From: Candidatus Poribacteria bacterium
GTDB lineage: Bacteria > Poribacteria > WGA-4E > WGA-3G
NCBI GenBank assembly: GCA_965197475.1
Contig: CBDANF010000003.1
Coordinates: forward strand, 3,040,001-3,104,000
Length of the DNA stretch: 64,000 nucleotides
Direction of reading: 5' to 3'
The stretch's first letter is position 1. Each line of letters opens with the position of its first letter. The position numbers and the translations under genes were made by a program. This document shows positions 61,858 through 64,000 of the stretch, one piece after another. Below the pieces are notes generated by a model that was given only the letters and a program-made list of their open reading frames with translations, was not told the origin of the DNA and ran no database searches.

Positions 61858-63078
61858 ATGCAATTAGAGATACCGCTGCCTCGCACCATCTTCAGTGTAA
61901 CTGAAATAACTAAGACCTTAACCCGTATAATTGAGCAGCAACCACGCCTTCAAAACGTATGGGTAAAGGGACAGATTTCAAATCTCAGTCGTCCCGCGTC
62001 TGGTCATATCTATTTCACACTTAAAGATGAGAACAGTAATATCAGGGGCGTTTTGTGGCGGAATAGCGCATCCCGACTCCAATTTTTGCCGCGTGACGGT
62101 GACGAGGTGTTAGTGCAAGGACGGATCAGCATCTATGCTGCAGGTAGCGAATATCAGATTGTTGTCAATACTGTAGAACCCCTTGGGATCGGTGCACTGC
62201 AGAGAGCTTTTGAAAAACTGAAACTGAAACTTGCGGATGAGGGACTATTTGATGATCGTCATAAAAAGCCGTTACCCATGTTTCCGAAGAAAATCGGTGT
62301 AATCACCTCTGAAACAGGTGCCGCAATTCAAGATATACACCAACAACTTCAAAAACGCTATCCGTTAGCTGAACTCCTGCTTTACCCGACACTTGTTCAA
62401 GGCGACCGTGCTGCGGCACAAATCGCAAACGCCATCCGTGCAATGAACACAAGAGCTGATATAGATGTATTGATTGTAGGTCGTGGAGGAGGTTCCATTG
62501 AAGACCTATGGGCATTTAATGAAGAAGTTGTAGCGCGTGCGATATTCAGCTCCGAAATTCCTGTTGTTTCTGCTGTTGGACATGAAACAGATTTCACCAT
62601 TTCAGATATGGTTGCGGATCATCGGTCTCCAACACCTTCTGCCGCAGTAGAACACGTTGTCCCTGATAGATTAGAACTATTGGCACAGTTAGATGGCGCG
62701 AAAAATCGTTTGAACGAACTCATGATGCGCCGGCTCACTATGCAACACGCTGAAATAGATGCTTTGGAATCGGGGCTTTCACCAACGAAACGTAAAGAAA
62801 CCATCTATCAGTTGTCCCAAACTATTGACAGACTTGAGGAGGCTTATCAAAAAGCAATAAACGATAAATTAGGCGTGCAGAATAATCGCTTACAGTCCTT
62901 AGCCGCGCGGTTAAATGGACTTAGTCCATTAGCAACCTTAAAGCGGGGATATAGCATTAGTAGACGTTCTTCCGGAGATATTGTAACATCAAGCCATCAG
63001 GTGAATATCGGTGAAAGGCTTGATGTAAAACTCTCACAAGGAAGTCTCGTTTGTACTGTTGACGAACGTTTAGATTAA
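61858..63078 (+). CDS. xseA: exodeoxyribonuclease VII large subunit
   Basis: SGHIYFTLKD, RGGGSIEDLWAFNEE, VGHETDFT, LSPL..L.RGYS. Confidence 0.97.
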   Translation: MQLEIPLPRTIFSVTEITKTLTRIIEQQPRLQNVWVKGQISNLSRPASGHIYFTLKDENSNIRGVLWRNSASRLQFLPRDGDEVLVQGRISIYAAGSEYQIVVNTVEPLGIGALQRAFEKLKLKLADEGLFDDRHKKPLPMFPKKIGVITSETGAAIQDIHQQLQKRYPLAELLLYPTLVQGDRAAAQIANAIRAMNTRADIDVLIVGRGGGSIEDLWAFNEEVVARAIFSSEIPVVSAVGHETDFTISDMVADHRSPTPSAAVEHVVPDRLELLAQLDGAKNRLNELMMRRLTMQHAEIDALESGLSPTKRKETIYQLSQTIDRLEEAYQKAINDKLGVQNNRLQSLAARLNGLSPLATLKRGYSISRRSSGDIVTSSHQVNIGERLDVKLSQGSLVCTVDERLD

Positions 63079-63122
63079 AATATAAGTAACGTGAGTTCAA
63101 AATAAGAAATCAACCTGCAATA

Positions 63123-63170
63123 CTGTCACAAGGTAGCCTTGTTTGCACAGTTGACGAATGTTTAGATTAA
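63123..63170 (+). repeat. diverged duplicate of the last 48 nt of xseA
   Basis: 41/48 identical to 63031-63078; translates LSQGSLVCTVDECLD*. Confidence 0.8.
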
Positions 63171-63216
63171 AAGATTGACGAAAATTATATGATGTTGTTA
63201 GGTAAGGAGAAACCGT

Positions 63217-63447
63217 TTGACTTTTGAAGAAAAACTTGAAAGACTAAAAGAGATTGTAGAAACGTTGGAGTCACCAGATACGTTGGAATTAGACGCTTCT
63301 CTAACACTCTTTGAGGAAGGGGTTGGTTTAGTCCGTTCGTGTAGGAAACTCCTTGAATCTGCAGAGGTGAGAGTGCAAAACGTGTCCCAAGAAGATATCA
63401 ATGATATCGGATCAGAATCTATACGCGAAAATGAAAACGGAGAATAG
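63217..63447 (+). CDS. xseB: exodeoxyribonuclease VII small subunit
   Basis: TFEE.L.RL.EIV..LE, L..SL.LFEEG, C...L..AE; AAGGAG RBS. Confidence 0.93.
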   Translation: MTFEEKLERLKEIVETLESPDTLELDASLTLFEEGVGLVRSCRKLLESAEVRVQNVSQEDINDIGSESIRENENGE

Positions 63448-63449
63448 GG

Positions 63450-64000
63450 ATGGTTTTGGAAAAAATTAAGTCACCAGCAGACCTAAAAACGTTAAATATA
63501 GACGAACTCAATACTCTCGCTGACGAAATGCGTGCCTATCTATTGGCAGTGCTATCCAATCATCCCGGTCACTTCGCACCGAACTTTGGTACAGTAGAAT
63601 TAGCGATCGCAGCGCACACCGTTTTCGACACACCACGCGATAAACTGATATGGGATATTGGTCACCAAGCCTATCCACATAAACTGCTTACTGGTCGCGT
63701 TGACACCTTTGATACGTTGCGGCAAACCGATGGAATCAGTGGCTTTTTAAGTCGTGAAGAAAGTAAGTACGATGTCTTTGGGGCAGGACACTCAAGCACC
63801 TCAATTTCCGCTGCGTTAGGTATTGCGGCTGCACGAGATGTTAACAATGATGACTACAAAGTTGTTGCTATCATTGGTGATGGTGGGTTGACAGGGGGAA
63901 TGGCACTTGAAGGGTTAAACGCCGCTGGTGATTTCAAAAAGGACATGATCGTTATTCTAAACGACAATCAGATGTCTATTTCCGCTACTGTCGGGGCATT
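63450..64000 (+). CDS. dxs: 1-deoxy-D-xylulose-5-phosphate synthase, 3'-truncated by the window edge
   Basis: SPADLK, GHF...GTVEL, WDIGHQAYPHKLLTGR, GHSSTSISAALG, IGDG, LNDN.MSI. Confidence 0.97.
   Translation, partial: MVLEKIKSPADLKTLNIDELNTLADEMRAYLLAVLSNHPGHFAPNFGTVELAIAAHTVFDTPRDKLIWDIGHQAYPHKLLTGRVDTFDTLRQTDGISGFLSREESKYDVFGAGHSSTSISAALGIAAARDVNNDDYKVVAIIGDGGLTGGMALEGLNAAGDFKKDMIVILNDNQMSISATVGA

Noticed and set aside
625-62804. Many 60-180-aa ORFs antisense to or nested in confident genes
   Set aside because: Shadow ORFs without RBS or motifs.

Overview
Bacterial chromosomal window. It is most likely Ca. Poribacteria or a relative, inferred from the WD40/dockerin/'NYPNPFNPETWIPYQL' secreted-protein architecture and the many Gfo/Idh/MocA, enolase-superfamily and BNR genes. 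Positions 1-25 kb hold catabolic and transport genes: a frameshifted porin plus BCCT transporter, a dehydratase, oxidoreductases, a sialidase-like protein and a CoA-transferase. This stretch also has a two-gene module in which a large HEPN-like protein with an antitoxin-like tail overlaps a PIN toxin. Four tandem secreted paralogues (25.4-29.3 kb) are coupled to a tetrapyrrole cluster (hemB, hemL, polyprenyl synthase, internally duplicated sirC, ccsA/hemX, hemA, hemC, cobA-hemD). Housekeeping genes follow (leuB, ychF, plsC, cmk, tyrA). An accessory island at about 47.7-56.8 kb carries an ISAs1 remnant, Cys/Met/His-rich exported proteins, a GspC-like protein, a frameshifted metzincin with 6-Cys repeats, a TPR protein, a cargo-carrying IS1595 element and a MITE. 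The window ends with mlrC-like, HD, selenocysteine-containing selD, pyrE, ymdB, xseA, xseB and partial dxs. GTAG-type REP palindromes are scattered throughout, one of them in-frame inside cobA-hemD. No rRNA, tRNA or CRISPR array was seen. All family calls come from motif recognition; no searches were run.
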